Assembly: GCF_964204645.1 (NCBI RefSeq)
Contig: NC_134026.1
Location: forward strand, 9,571,950 to 9,635,949
Direction: 5' to 3'
DNA: 64,000 nt
Source: Tubulanus polymorphus
Lineage: Eukaryota > Animalia > Nemertea
Notes under the pieces: generated by a model
Databases searched by the model: none
Told to the model about the DNA's origin: nothing
Seen by the model: the letters and a program-made list of their open reading frames with translations, nothing else
Made by a program: the position numbers and the translations under genes
In this document: positions 1 to 12,700 of the stretch, in pieces
How positions within the stretch are numbered: position 1 is the first letter of the stretch
How the letters are laid out: every line of letters starts with the position of its first letter

Positions 1-789
1 ACATCAAGAGAAAGCGATTATATTTCTATTAACTGGCAATAAATTTTATTGTTATATTCAACCACTGTGGGGAAATAAACATTAAAAAATGTGTCAGGCA
101 TATAACTTTGTCTTCATAAAATGACCTTAACATTCATACTTTGATGTGCTAGCACACAATAGGTAGTATTTTAAACAGATTGCTTAGTCATCCCTAGGCA
201 ATCAATAAAAAAAAAGTTAATGTTAAACAGTAGATTATCCTAAGTTTCGTTTCCATAATACTTAGTCGTCCATCAATGAATTGTAAAAACATTTTAGTGC
301 ATTTATAACCGTAATCAATACCATAAAATCTAAGCTAGCATAATCACTTTTACTTAAAACAGTAGATAATGCAGTGTCACACATGTAACTAGAAGTAAAG
401 TCTACAAACAGTTTAACAGATTATAATCCAGCAAATCACGGTTATGACCTATGCCTCAGTGAAAGTTTGGCTGGCATTTTTTATTGCTGCATCCATATAA
501 CATTTAAACAATTCGTAAGAATTGTGTACCGGCACCGAAAGAACATTGCCGCATGTGTTTGCAATGGGAAAGTCTTTAGTACAGTCACCAATATCTCCCG
601 GATGTCGAAACTGCAGGGTTAATTTAGGGCTGAACCCTAAAACTGGAATCTCTTCTAGGCCAGTGATGAAACGTATGAAATCCGTAATGAATTCACCTAA
701 AAAACAAATTTAATCCGAAAAATACTTAATTTGCTATGAAAAACGCCACCTGGTTGTAAAGCAACCACATTTTAGAACCACCAAATATC

Positions 790-998
790 AAAAGGATCCA
801 TAGAAGCGTCTTCAAAATTTCTCAAACTAACTGGATTCTGTCTAGGGACGAATGAAAAGTGAACGCAATAGCCCGCTGAGACTCAAGTTCCAAGTGGGCT
901 AAAAATTGGTATTACTGTCTATTACAGCTAAAGTCCCAAGTGGGCTAAAAATTGGTATTACTGTCTATTACAGCTAAAGTCCCAAGTGGGCTAAAAAT
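790..998 (+). repeat. Fragment of an interspersed Helentron/HINE-like repeat with a local ~45-bp tandem duplication
   Basis: gaaaagtgaacgcaatag...aagt(t/c)ccaagtgggctaaa matches 24660-24709; aagt(t/c)ccaagtgggctaaaaatt repeated three times at 885-998. Confidence 0.5.
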
Positions 999-3229
999 TA
1001 CAACATGGCTAAATTTACCTTCGATATCAAGGATATATTCCTTGAAATATCCGTATGCTCTGTTTTCCAAACGTAATCGATTTGATTCTGGTTCGCTCCA
1101 GTAGGTTTGTTCCATGTCGAATAGAGCATACACATCCTCGGCTGTATATTTTCTGCCTTCCAGTTTACAAAACGCATCTTTAAAAAGATGTGGGTATGCG
1201 GTTATGTAAAATAACACGCCATTATCCTCCAATCCAGATTTTAACCTGAAAGGAATGATACATTTTAAAGCAAATCGTGGCATCTCATCGACTCAATCAA
1301 TTATATAATGCATTTTTAATTTCTATAGTTTGGTGGCCATTTTTAAAGAATTATTTAAGTGAAAAAACATGTAGTCTGTCCACTGATGTAGCCCTGCTGT
1401 GTATCGTTAACCCTAATTATTCTTTATGTAATGGCTCGAATGTTGCAGCCACTTGTATTATATGGATGATGAACTGAATTACTATTAAATTACTTATTGC
1501 CATTGGGAGTAGGCCTAAGGAAAGAATATACGAGCTTAATAAGTTCCAGGTTTATCATGTTATCAAATTTCAAGATTTTAAAGTTTTCAAAAAGCGGTGA
1601 GATCGAAGCATTGTATTTTGAATTAGTTATTACCCGAACAGCTTTTTCCGCAATTTAGTTAACGTATTGATTTATTGTTTAGAAATCATAGGCCCCAAAC
1701 AGGAAGACAATAATTGAGGTGTGAATCTATATAGCTATATTATAAATGTCCGAATTGCCTTTGAGATAATACTTGTGTCCACAAAATACAACATATATAA
1801 TATAAAGGCACTGAACTTACTGTGCCAAAGGTACACTCAGTCGCTGAACAGCCAGAAATTTACATAGTCCTTTGATTAGTCGCTCCTTGTTGTTATATAT
1901 TGCCAGAGTCATGCAGCCAGAAACTGAGATGACGCATTCATGTTTTGCCACCATCTCGTTGAAGCTTTCTTCATCTTCACATCCTGCTATCTATAGAATC
2001 AAAAATACATGTATTTTTGATAGAATTCAGAGAAAAAAGATAACTGTTGCTGTGAATACATGTTTACTTGATCTTGCCCATCATCTGGGGAAATTTGTTT
2101 ACATGAAGGCTTGGCTGCGTTTCTAAGCTACGTTCAAGAGGTAATTTTTTCTTTATAAAAATGTATCAGATTAAGAAGACATTTCCTTACCTGTTCTAGA
2201 GTATCTTTCTCATCCCCGCAAGCTTCCAACGGTATCTCATTCCCTCTAGTCTCGTTTGCAATCATCGCATACGTAAATGGATCCAAGAAGGTTGGTAGTG
2301 GTCCTCTGTGCGTTATGCTGTACGAAAGTATGCGTTCAGCTGCCAGATAATACTGCTTTTCAACGGCTTGAATTAATGGAATACAATTAATTAATCATTC
2401 TGTGATACACTTACAATGTATAAATTATTTTTGTTTAATTTTTCTTCCTTTTACACATTTCTGTCAGTCTAGCATAATGCATACTGAGCCGTCCTTGTTT
2501 AAGACAAGTGTCACCAATTACTGTAATAAATATTTTTCCAGAGATTCGCGATGGTAAACTACAGGTTAATCATTCTTACCAATAAGCTGTTGAATGATGC
2601 CAAGTGATTAGTATGTGATTATATAAACAACAATTTTTGGGAGCTGTATGAGTTTTTGAGATGAAATGATGTGCCGATAGATATTCACCTGATGCGCTCA
2701 AAGCCAAGAATTTTTTCTCTTCATTTCCAGTGAACAAACACGAATTACTCAGCTGTTTGACGAATAAAGTAAGAAATTCTCTCGTTGGACCACCTCCATC
2801 AATTGCAAATTCCGCCTCAAACAATACGTTTAATCTGTTTCGGGCGCACCACTGTCTTCTTAAAGCAGCTCGAAATCCGACGTAGAGTGCCTCACTGCGG
2901 TCCCCTACATTTATCAAATTTACCCCATTTGCGTGTTCATCGGGCTGAAGCATGTTCAATATATCTCTGAGTGTCATGAGATCGTCTGTGTCACGAATGA
3001 TAATTGTACTACTAGCACCGTCAATAATAGAGTCCTGATCTGAAACCGAGCCTGCTATTGGACTGAGAACAGTCGCAGAATGTTGAGAAGTACTTGCAAC
3101 AGCTACTTGGTTCATCTGAATGTGCTGATTCTGTGTTGTTGGTTGTTCCATCATCTGATGAATTTCAGGGGGGCGAAACTCGTCAGAAGAGAAAAGAAAT
3201 GCTGACATCGAACTTCCATTTGTTTGGCC

Positions 3230-3475
3230 GAGTGCTGACTGTGAGGGGGTTGATTGGTTAGGTTGACCGGTTTGGAAAGGCGGGTAAGAGAGTCCAGTGG
3301 TGAAATCAAGTGCTGACTGTGAGGGGGTTGACTGGTTAGGTTGACTGGTGACCGAAGGCTGATGAGATCCGAATGCTGATATTGAACTTCCAATTGTTTG
3401 ACCGAGTGCTGACTGTGAGGGGGTTGACTGGTTAGGTTGACTGGTGACCGAAGGCTGATGAGATCCGACAGCTGA
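3230..3475 (-). repeat. Coding tandem repeat (GSHQPSVTSQPNQSTPSQSAL-type, ~3 copies) inside the HECT gene
   Basis: Repeated gtgctgactgtgagggggttga(c/t)tggttaggttgac, also visible in ORF 2576-3667. Confidence 0.75.
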
Positions 3476-4004
3476 TAAAGGGTCCGTATCTGCTTCATGT
3501 GTCGACAGTTCTTCACAACGCGTATGTAGATAAAGTCTTATGGGAAAATTGTTCACCGATGTCGCATAAGTCCCGAGACAGAATGGTTCTCCATTTATAA
3601 GATTTGGTACGGACCGAAACATCCGTAAGATCGGAGCATTGTACATTATTGGCTCGTGACAAACCATTCGGAAGAAAATAGTTTTGTAACTCTTGTTTTA
3701 GTTCTTCGTAACTGAGGGATTTTTCTAAGTCCAATTTAAACGATCCTCCTCCTCTACTGATTGGCACCAGTTCGTATTTGCCGTTTGCCTTCGCATGTTT
3801 CCACCCAATTCAAATTTTGTAAGTTGTTTTGACAGCGTTTTGGTTTCCTATTTTACTATTCTCAGCTGCTTTATCCTTGTTGCTTACGCCTTGTTTAGTT
3901 TTCAGTCGCCGGTACGAGTGAAGTCTGTGAAGGACGCTGCTTGAACTTGTCCCTGAAATAAGAATTCATATAGTAAAATGCTGGAATCAAATTTTAAAAT
4001 TATC

Positions 4005-4403
4005 CATTTAAAGTGCGTACGCTTGACTTCTGGGTATTTTTAACCCCCCTTCCCCCCATGTACGCTATCTGTACATTTTTATAACCCACTTGAGTAAATA
4101 CTTCAGTAAATACTAAATAACCCCCCTCCCTATAAAACTAAATTTTTCAGGATTCATGGTTTAAAGAAGGCAAAATTCTCCAGCCTTCATCAGAGCTCCG
4201 ACGACGATGTACCGTATCCACAAAGTGAAAATTCCTGGGAAATCCCAAGAAATATAGGGGATATTTGTAAAAATCACAATAAACTTCCCCCCTTAGAAAG
4301 TATGTACACTTTTAGCTCACCCCTCCCCTCCCCCTGTACGTTTTTGTACGGATTTTTAAAACCCCCCTTCCCCTATGGGCATACGTATTTTATGCACGGC
4401 TCC
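4005..4403. mobile_element. Degenerate MITE-like insertion in a HECT gene intron
   Basis: Imperfect inverted ends (tccatttaaagtgcgtacgc / gcatacgtattttatgcacgg) with C-tract gtacg repeats inside. Confidence 0.35.
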
Positions 4404-6374
4404 ATATTTTTCACAATCAGAATCCACAGATTAATGCATGAACTGTTTCTACTTTTTAGAATTAGGCAAATGTAGATTAATGAGAGATTAATAATAGAAC
4501 AAATTCTTAGTATAATCAGATCACTTACCAGTACTGTTCCGAGCTACTCTGCATCGTTGTTTCAGACGATTTCGGTCACCAACCGTTGTGATTCCTATCG
4601 TACAAAAATCTTCATCGCTCAACATCTCTACATCTTCTAAGCCGATCTAGAGTAAAGATATGAATTGATTAAATAACAGCCATAGCCCATAAGCTACAAC
4701 TTAATAGATGGGACGCGTATATGTGGATACTACAATGTGTCTGAAATATATTTCTTTTATCAGATTTAATGTCGTTTGACCCTTAAACCTCGATGAGAGT
4801 CCCTGTAGAAGCGATTTGCCTTAAAGCCTTGCGGCGAACAGGCACCTCGCTCGAGCAGCAACGTCGCGGTCGGCAAAACATTTAGTTGCCGCCCCTTCCT
4901 CACCAAAAATGGAACTCTCAGCCACGTACACCATTTATTTTGAACCGTACATTCCCGGCTCGCGCGATATTTTGACAGAAAAATTTTTTTCAAATCAATT
5001 TTGTAACTAATTGTATTAATAATGTTTTCCTAGGGAATTTTCGGTAACTTTTCTTGCAGAAAAATATATTATTTAGATTTATTACACTTATCTAGATTTC
5101 ATCTATTACATATTAACTACTTGTTAGCAATCTGAGCCAGGCCAGCACTACTACTTACCTTCTGTTCTTTGAATATACTAATGAATTGCCCGAGACCAAG
5201 TTCCTGTAATATATCCACAAGCTGAAAAACGAATTACAATTTACTTCTGGGTTCATACGACCTTGACGTGTTGCTGGAACCGAAATTGACACAGAAAAGG
5301 AGTGTGATTTGGAGCTGTCGGAGCACACGTCGGAGCATAGTAACTCCGATATCGCCATCGGAAATTACCATACACTTCGGATATATAAATTATGGACCGG
5401 GCCCTCACTATCACGGATAGTTTTGTAAAATTACAATTGTCTTTGCTTTATAGGCTTTGATTTATTCATTTTTACCAATTCTATGAGGCCCGGGAAAATT
5501 TTGACCGGCAGCGCCCTTTTCGGGTTTCCAGCGCGATATCCATAGCAACGTAGGCTACCTGGTTAACATACCGGTACGCACGTGCTATTATATCCCAAAT
5601 CAATGTAGGCCAACAGACGATGAAAATATATACGTATAGTATTGAGTAGTTCCTTTGAGATGACCACAATAAAATCGGGTCACTGATAAAGTATCTGATG
5701 ATGATGATGATGATGATGAAATAACAAGAGAAAAAGCTCACCTCAACAGCGTCCATGATTGCGAAGAAGGCGATCGATACAGGGGTCGTCTCAAAACTTC
5801 TAGTCCTCGAAACCCTCTTCCCGATGATTTTAAAGAGCACCCTTCTTTTACAGAAAAATGACACTTCTTTAGATGAGAATAGAAGGGCCCAGACACTATG
5901 ATGCCAGAGTTAATCGTTTAATTTGAAAATAAATCGAGTTGAACCATTCTGTTTCCAAAAGCACGCAACCATGAATTAGATCTTCGAAAATAAAAACTCA
6001 AGGGAGTTCATAACTCGATGTGCACTGGGCATCAATATCGGCGTTTAGATAGACCTAACAAAATTTTGAATTATATGGCGTTTATTGTAATTAGACAAAT
6101 TTCATGATATATTTTCTATTTAATAATTTTTTCGTCATTAATGGGCTTACTGATCAATTCAATGTTTTTCACGCCGTCAATAAACTTTCAATTTAGTTTT
6201 CTTGTTTTTCCACGATTTCGGGAAGTGGGGGCTAGTTAGTCAAGTAAGTGAATTAGTGCCTTGGGCTCTAAAATAGGCTACGTTTTAGGATGAAGTGTTG
6301 AACTTTAGAGATGGGCCCCGAACGTGGTGCCGTTGTGACCTAGAATGCACGGCTCGGGACTGCACCACGTGGTA

Positions 6375-7143
6375 AAAATGGACGCAGAAACGAAGTTCGT
6401 TTTTGCGGGGCGCTAAAACGAGAAATCACCGCGCTAAAACGCGCCAAAACGGGCGCTAAAACGAAAGTTCGTTTCTGCGCTCTTTTTGGCGCGTTTCTGC
6501 GCGGTAAATTTCGTTTTTGCGCCCCGCAAAAACGGACGCAGAAACGAACTTCGTTTTTGCGGGGCGCAAAAACGAGAAATCACCGCGCCAAAACGGGCGC
6601 TAAAACGAAGGTTTGTTTCTGCGCGCGTTTCTGCGCGGTAAATTTCGTTTTTGCGCCCCGCAAAAACGGACGCAGAAACGAAGTTCGTTTTTGCGGGGCG
6701 CAAAAACGAGAAATCACCGCGCTAAAACGCGCCAAAACGGGCGCTAAAACGAAGGTTCGTTTCTGCGCTCGTTTTGGCGCGTTTCTGCGCGGTAAATTTC
6801 GTTTTTGCGCCCCGCAAAAACGGACGCAGAAACGAAGTTCGTTTTTGCGGGGCGCAAAAACGAGAAATCACCGCGCTAAAACGCGCCAAAACGGGCGCTA
6901 AAACGAAGGTTCGTTTCTGCGCTCGTTTTGGCGCGTTTCTGCGCGGTAAATTTCGTTTTTGCGCCCCGCAAAAACGGACGCAGAAACGAACTTCGTTTTT
7001 GTGGGGCGCAAAAACGAGAAATCACCGCGCTAAAACGCGCCAAAACGGGCGCTAAAACGAAATTTCGTTTCTGCGCTCGTTTTGGCGCGTTTTAGCGCGG
7101 TAAATTTCGTTTTTGCGCCGCGCAGAAACGGACGCAGAAACGA
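6375..7143. repeat. GC-rich tandem array, ~154-bp internally palindromic unit, ~5 copies
   Basis: aaaa(c/t)ggacgcagaaacg recurs at ~6375, 6529, 6663, 6817, 6971 and 7125; each unit has tttttgcggggcgcaaaaacga and its reverse complement. Confidence 0.9.
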
Positions 7144-7178
7144 TGCAATATATTTTTTGCATGGTATATTGCACGAAA

Positions 7179-7216
7179 TTTTTTTTTTTTTAACTTGGCC
7201 CTAATCAGCCACCATA
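7179..7216 (-). mobile_element. Putative terminus of an IS3EU-like DNA transposon that carries the HECT gene
   Basis: Minus strand reads TATGGTGGGCTGATTAGGGCCAAGTT-(A)n and then enters the subterminal array; TAYGG ends recalled for IS3EU; the other end is not in the window. Confidence 0.45.
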
Positions 7217-7947
7217 CCGAATAGATAACTTTGCAGTGAAAGTGATTTCCCTTCTCAACCGTCAACTACTTACTGTGTGCCACTATGCAGCATATGTTAA
7301 GTCATTTTCCAGTTTTTACTACTGGTCTTCACCTTTTCTTTTGAGGAGCTGTCTCATGGGATGGCAATTAATACTGAGGAAGTCACACCATAGATCTACT
7401 TTCATAGTGTGACCTTTATATAGTGGCTACCAACAGTGACCTATTGGATGTTTCGGGGCAAAGATAGACTGTGGAAGATCTATTCTTGTAGTGCGACTTC
7501 TAGGGGGTACCGATTGTGACACAGGTTTAAACCCCAACATATATAGTGCAAATTAAGTGTATAATAGATAACCAAATTCGGAGGGGAACGCTGAAAGCTA
7601 GACCCTGTGATAGTCGTATATGGTTCGAACCACTTTTTAGGAGGGATTATACCGCTATAGACAGCAGGGGTTGGTTTTATCTTTAACCCAGGGTTAACTC
7701 AGTTGAATATGAATTGAGTTAGCCCCTGGGTTAAAGATATTATCAGTCCCAGGAATTTACCAAAGAGAGGACTACCGACCTTAACCATACACAAGTGGAG
7801 ATTGAAGCAACACAGACTTAAGTCATGTGATACTAAGGTGGTATGAGAAACTTATGCCTAGATTTGCAATCTAGGTCGGCTTATTGGGTTGATTGGTAGG
7901 GAACGATGGCAAGGTCAGACACCTTATAAATAATTGAACATATACCC

Positions 7948-7948
<1 letters not shown>

Positions 7949-8007
<59 letters not shown>
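7949..8007. repeat. (TA)n microsatellite directly abutting the left end of the recombinase element
   Basis: About 29 TA units. Confidence 0.95.
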
Positions 8008-8008
<1 letters not shown>

Positions 8009-8072
8009 TGAAAACATACTATTAACGGGGTTTGTGGGCTCAAACCCAATTGTGTGGTGCTATTTTAATACC

Positions 8073-8244
8073 CGTTTCTGGGGCATATATGTATAATTAT
8101 ATGCTAATGATATGCAAACCTCACAATTTATATAGGCCTATATGCCCCATGAATTATATACGTTTCTGGGGCATATATGTATAATTATATGCTAATGATA
8201 TGCAAACCTCACAATTTATATAGGCCTATATGCCCCATGAATTA
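8073..8244. repeat. Subterminal 88-bp direct duplication, each copy with ggggcatata...tatatgcccc inverted arms
   Basis: Near-identical copies start at 8073 and 8161. Confidence 0.85.
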
Positions 8245-9757
8245 AATACATGCACCTATACATGTAACATAACTGAAACTATGCCCTTCGTGTGGAATAC
8301 CTGAGGCCAAACGCTTAGACATTACTAAACAGCGAATTATCTCACTGCCTATTCTATTGTAAGCGACCGGGCAACAGTCGGTTCTAACAGGTCTGGGTCG
8401 ATTCATAACAATTGCGATAGGCTTTCCTACAGAGCTTCGTCCAAGTAAGGTATACAACTTCCATATTTCTCCTTGCTTTGTCGGAATATTCTCTACTCTT
8501 CACTTCTATTCACATTTTTGAAATATGGCTCTAATTGAGGGAATGAAAGTCCTTTCAAAGCTTTCAATATCCAGATACATCTGACAACAGAAACAAAACA
8601 AAATTTTCAATGAAAATTGGAAATCTCTTTATTAGGAAAAAAGCATTAGCAAATTTACAAACTCTACAAGATAATTCTGATATATTTATCAACCCTAGAA
8701 TTGTAAACCACGAGGAAGTTGGATATTCTGCCAATGGAATATTTTAATATTATTCATGTCATACATTCAAAATACAGTCGATACCTTCTGACTCAAATCA
8801 TTTAGGACCAGTGATTTTCGTTATTTCAGTTAGGCGATAATTCAAGTTCCAATATGGAAATTCATGCTATGTTTCATAAGAATTGTGTAAAGATTAGCTG
8901 ACCTGGAACTCGATGCGTTTACTATCCCAAATCAAATATGTTATACCGGTAGTCATTGGATTGTATGATATTTTGTCAACTGCAGATAAAACAGAAACTA
9001 ATCACATTTTTTAATCATTATGTTCTCAACCTGAAATCAATGGCCTACAACAAATATACCTGATAGGAATGAGATTAGTCTACAAAAATACACCATTTAC
9101 TTATGTTCACATCATTAAAAAAAAAACCTTCTCCACATTTTCTCCTGTAATCTAGTTCATTACATTTCTATAACAGGTGTAAGACTGGCATGAGGGAAAT
9201 TCTAACATTTATTCAGATCGGTCATTTTTCATTTACTGCTTTAACAATTTATATACCGGTAATATATTTGATTTTGTTTAAACATTTTCTTCTAAACAGT
9301 AATCATTGCGCTTTAATAAAAGGAGAAATCGATCAGAACAAAAACAAGCAATCATTGAAAGAAAACTCCACATACGGAATATCAATATATAGATATTATT
9401 TACATTGGGCACAGTGCTTAGTGGCAAAAACAAAGTTTCACATATCTTTAATTAGGACCATGGGTCCAGTACGACCAAATGAGTAAATTTTAGTTTTGAG
9501 CGAAAAAATGTATTTTTCTCGGATTTACGATCGCTATCTTGGTGCATTATATATGCATGTCCAACTTTCTCCAAAACTCACTCGCATGGCAAAACAATCA
9601 ATACTATGTTCTATATGTACGTTCTTGCTACAGCTAAACAATAACGTAATTATTACAAAACATAAATAAAGTGAATTTGACGCATCGATTGACGCGTCAA
9701 AAATGCTATTTTAATTTTGACAGTATATTTACGCCATACATTTAGAGGTTCCCTATA

Positions 9758-12700
9758 TTATTTCGTTTTCTGCTTCTTCGAGATAATATTATGTAGCCTC
9801 GTTCGAACCTGAGGCAAAGTTCGGCTACCACCAAGTTCTTCAACTACTTTTCTCAAGTCTACTGCTGGTGCCATTCGCTTATTATTCAAATAGTTATGCA
9901 ATATCTTACAAAAAATATCTGTTTCTCCCTTTGTCCAGGGTGCCCTCTTAATACGTGACTTCTCATCTGAAACAAAATCATATAAAAATGCTACACAAAC
10001 CATTGCATCAAGACTACTGATAGGTTCTCACAATAGGCCCCATTTCCCCTAGGATTGTTATACCGTCCATAAGGTGGTTTAATCACTATGGACCCTATCC
10101 ATGAACTTACTTTGCGCTTCAGATTGGTTAGTTTCCATCTTTGGCGGAACTTCTGCATCGACCATGTCATTGTCATCACTGTCATCACTGTTTTCACTGT
10201 CTTCACACTCAGTCCACTTATCGGCATAATCCAAGGATAATGGGAGTGCTAAAACGTGTGAATAAATGCACATGTACACATACACACACACGGGTGACTG
10301 CTGTCATAGCAGAGAATACTAAAATATTTAATCTATCAGTAAAGTCAGACTTACCATCGGGATCAATATCCTCCAATGACTTTCCTTTGAATCTTGCCAT
10401 AATGCCATTTTCGGCAGCCAATAGCACCTTCGCTACCTTCGCTTTTTCAACGAGTGAAGATTGGAGGCAATATACATCTGCGTGAATTTTCACATCGTGC
10501 CCCATATGATCAGCCACCATCTTCAACTCGTTGGGCTTCATAGACAAAATCTGAAGTTATAAACCCAAATACTGGCTTTAGGGCTTTCATCCATTTCAAA
10601 TCACTTCACAATATAATTTCCATTCACAAGTATCATTATAGCCGATCATTGATTTATTATAATCATTGCTTGTTATGTCTTTCGAAGACCAGAGCTTTAC
10701 CTTCTTTATAGATATTCTTGATGAATGAAGGTTCTATTTTATATTCTTAAAAATTTCATTCACTAATACATACAGGGCTGGAAATTAGGCTTGTATGATA
10801 GTACATGTAAAAGCACTTCATGATAAGGTATGTCCTGATACGGATGTTTTAGGCCTATACAGGATCCGATATCAGCACTTGTCTATTATCACTTGTCATC
10901 CTTTTATGATAGGTTTTATATACTGGTTAACTGAATGTAGAATTGTGGGACATACATAAATAGGAAAAATCACTTCATGGTCAGGTAGTGTCTTGATATG
11001 ATGGGTTTTATATGTCACTTAACTGGATGTAGAATTGTGGGACATACATAAATAGACACTTCATAAATAGGTAGTGTTCTGATATGATGGGTTTAATATG
11101 CTATTTTACTGCATGTAGAATTGTAGGATATATATATAATGGGAAAATCCTTTCATGATCAAGTACTGTCTAGATGATTACATGACCTTAACGGTCACAT
11201 GCCCTCTTAATTTCAGTAAGTAATTAACCTAATGATTCTTTTGAATATAGATAACACCTGATATCAGGAAGACAGAAAAAAATCCCCCATATACATGTAG
11301 TCTTAAATTGTCAGGTTATTAATCAGGTAATATAAATATACAACATTTATAATTGTAATACTGTGGTTTGTATTTTAAAGAGGTTTGTAATGCTTGCAAT
11401 AAGACTAATCCTAGTTCATTGGTAAATGATAAACCTACTTGTAGTGTAGTTGCAAAGAAAGATCGGAGCTTCGTCGATCTAATTCGTTCAGGTGCATTCA
11501 GTCCGGGACACAATTTTGTCATTTCACGCATTGCAGTACAACCGTCAAGTGGTGTGTCAGCACGTTTCCTAAAATGAATGATGGATTTGCAATGCTTGCA
11601 CAAAACCTGTCACGATATGAACTAAAAAAGGTTCAGATTGTATTGCTTTGTAAAGTATATACTGTATACAAAGACATTTTTCTAAAAAATGGCTGCATGG
11701 CCTGGTAAGCACTAACTTATTTGATTATTCAGCATGTAGATGCCCACGAACAAAACCGTGTATATCAGTTGTGATGAGAGATTAAGATTTTTATCAGGAC
11801 TATTAATCAATTGACATTCAAAAAGGGAATGATTGTACCTTAATAATAATAAAATAAACCTTGCATTAATCGAATCCATTCAAGAAACATTCAAAATCCG
11901 TATTGCAATTGTTAATGGGTTAATGTTATTTGAATAGGAAAGTGCAAACACTGTATAAATCAGAAAATAGCATTCTTCCTAGAAAGACCCACATAGCTTT
12001 ATCTGTGAAACTTTACACTGACATTTCAGATAGACTTCTATCCATCTTCAGAGTTATATAAAAACTCTTCTAAATCGCTGAAGATGGATAGAAGTAAAAT
12101 CTATCCAAATTGTCAATGTCAACAGATATACGTTGTTGAATGTTCTTATTATACACGCTATATACACGTCTTTTATACACGTCTTTTATACATGCTAAAT
12201 AGAATGCCACAAGTCTAATTGATTTCAGAATTGATGTTACCTAGCAAAAATGAAGTCACTTGTACTTTGTCTGGTATCGAGGATATGTTCGATAGCTTTA
12301 ACCATCTTCTCAGTAAGCAGAATGTATACACCTCGAATACTGCGAGTGCTCTTCCCTCGGATTTCTATTACACGCATTCTACAAAAAACTCTCCAAAATC
12401 AACCCAACATATCTTGTAAATTAGATAAGAGCATATGACTAAGACAATTTTAAAACAACAATTACCGTTTGACCAAAAGCTGCTCAGCTAGAGACAGTGA
12501 TTGCAGGATCTCTTGATTCTGATCGGCATCCGGCACAATATTTTCGAAATCGCTCATGATCATTTCTTCCACTTCTGATATCCGCCTTCGGTTGAAAAGG
12601 ACTATACGGACAAGAACAGCATAAGCAAGATGTTTCCACTGTTTTGAAGTAGGCTCATGTATCATCAACGCTTTATCAATTTCAGAGTCGAGCCAATCTT

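Larger units (their letters stand above)
449..5756 (-). pseudogene. Spliced SAM-domain + HECT (G2E3-like) E3 ubiquitin ligase gene, disrupted; probable transposon cargo
   Basis: Phase-compatible GT-AG exons 5742-5756, 5159-5221, 4529-4646, 2689-3952, 2191-2366, 1821-1990, 1019-1245, 449-696. N-terminus MDAVE-LVDILQELGLGQFISIFKEQK-IGLEDVEMLSDEDFCTIGITTVGDRNRL is SAM-like. HECT motifs EFAIDGGGPTREFL, FITGLEEIPVLGFSPKL and catalytic FPIANTCGNVL. In-frame TGA at 3810-3812 and a frameshift near 3600-3620. Confidence 0.8.

Noticed and set aside
6434-7055. Arg/Lys/Phe-rich ORFs on both strands
   Set aside because: By-products of the stop-poor palindromic tandem repeat
8242-8580. Extra cargo exon near the left end of the YR element
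   Set aside because: An acceptor-like site exists at ~8581 but all frames contain stops and I recognise no domain
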